64,000 nt of DNA. It comes from Cetorhinus maximus (taxonomy: Eukaryota). The position numbers were made by a program, and so were the translations under genes. Numbering within the stretch: position 1 is the stretch's first letter; each line of letters begins with the position of its first letter. Below are positions 63,110-64,000 of the stretch, in pieces. Below the pieces are notes generated by a model. That model did no database searches. It was not told where the DNA came from and saw only the letters and a list, made by a program, of their open reading frames with translations. The stretch is taken from contig NC_135895.1 in NCBI RefSeq assembly GCF_964194155.1, forward strand, positions 23,498,001-23,562,000. Reading direction: 5' to 3'.

Positions 63110-63630
63110 GAGATTTTACAGCACAGAAAGGGTCTCTTTTGCCCCGAAAGAGCTACATTTAGCCAATCTCAAAGAACTCAGTCACAGAACCATATCTTCC
63201 TCAGTATGCTTTTAAGTTTCTCTTTTTTAATATTTATTTGATTTAAAAGCTATTAAGAATCCTGCTTCCACCACTGTCTGGAACATTACATGCCCCTAAT
63301 AACACTCTAAATACATATATTGACCTTTCCTGTCAACCTTTTGGTAATGATCATCAATTTATGCTTCCTAGTTACTGACCTAACAGCCAGTGGGAATAGG
63401 TTTTCCTAGTTTATTGCACCAAAATCTCAATTTTTAGCACCTGTCAGATCTCCTCCTAACCATCTTTGCTCTAGTAAAAATAGCCCCAGTGTTACTAGCC
63501 CCTCATTGCTAAACCTTCCATCCCTGATTCTGCTCTCTTCTGTATGATCTCCATAGCCTTTAAATATCTTTCCTAAAGTAAGATGTCCAAAACTGGATGA
63601 AGTATTCCAATTCAACCTAATTAACAATTT
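63110..63630 (-). mobile_element. Highly degenerate CR1 3' fragment
   Basis: LGLFLLEQRWLGGDL resembles the CR1 ORF2 end LGLFSLE.RRLRGDL. Confidence 0.55.
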
Positions 63631-63783
63631 GTGGAGTATTATTTCCTTGGATCTATATACAGTTATTTTTTCATACAGCTTTATGAACGTTTTCCCACTT
63701 CCAATGATTTGTGTATCATCTTATGATATGGCAGGTGGTATTTGCTAGGCTGACCAAATCCGCAAGGGAAACTTAGCCACGCT

Positions 63784-64000
63784 ATAAGACCATAAGACAT
63801 AGGAGCAGAAATTAGGCCATTCAGCCCATCGAGTCTGCTCCGCCATTCAATCATGGCTGATAAGTTTCTCAACCCCATTCTCCCGCCTTCTCCCCGTAAC
63901 CTTTGATCCCCTTACCAATCAAGAACCTATTTATCTCGGTCTTAAATACACTCAATGACCTGGCCTCCACAGCCTTCTGTGGCAATGAATTCCATAGATT
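63784..64000 (-). mobile_element. Young CR1 LINE 3' end, continuing beyond the window
   Basis: CATAAGAC tail repeats followed by ATAGGAGCAGAA..GGCCATTCAGCCCATCGAGTCTGCTCCGCCATTCAATCATGGCTGAT, the reverse complement of the CR1 3' UTR at ~38070-38146. Confidence 0.85.

Noticed and set aside
52892-64000. SNX7 BAR-domain exons (ELSSHKKQGPG onward)
   Set aside because: No matching sequence seen. They presumably lie beyond the window, so their absence is not evidence of truncation.

Overview
Eukaryotic, repeat-rich genomic DNA, most likely from a cartilaginous fish (inferred from the CR1, Deu-type SINE and Penelope repeat content). There is one host gene: the 5' half of SNX7 (sorting nexin 7) on the + strand, with a CpG-island promoter at ~19.77-20.23 kb and coding exons at 19966-20088, 44372-44554, 50164-50274 and 52727-52891. 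The BAR-domain exons were not found in the window. The rest is mostly decayed transposons: Penelope-like elements (PLEs), an APE-RT LINE family, CR1, L1, Gypsy, Tigger, Harbinger and SINEs. There is also a 2.5 kb C/T-only tract containing an assembly gap. Three signals stand out. (1) Five TSD-flanked fold-back PLE-type insertions of 0.18-4 kb share one architecture (inverted 3' ends plus a one-sided tail) and carry minimal hammerhead-ribozyme motifs; one abuts the SNX7 promoter and two lie in intron 1. (2) A LINE copy appears to begin with a tRNA-derived Pol III head, and a SINE in the same window looks like its internal-deletion derivative. (3) SNX7 exon 4 lacks the GT donor at the expected position. 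All calls are by eye, and repeat boundaries are approximate unless a TSD is given.
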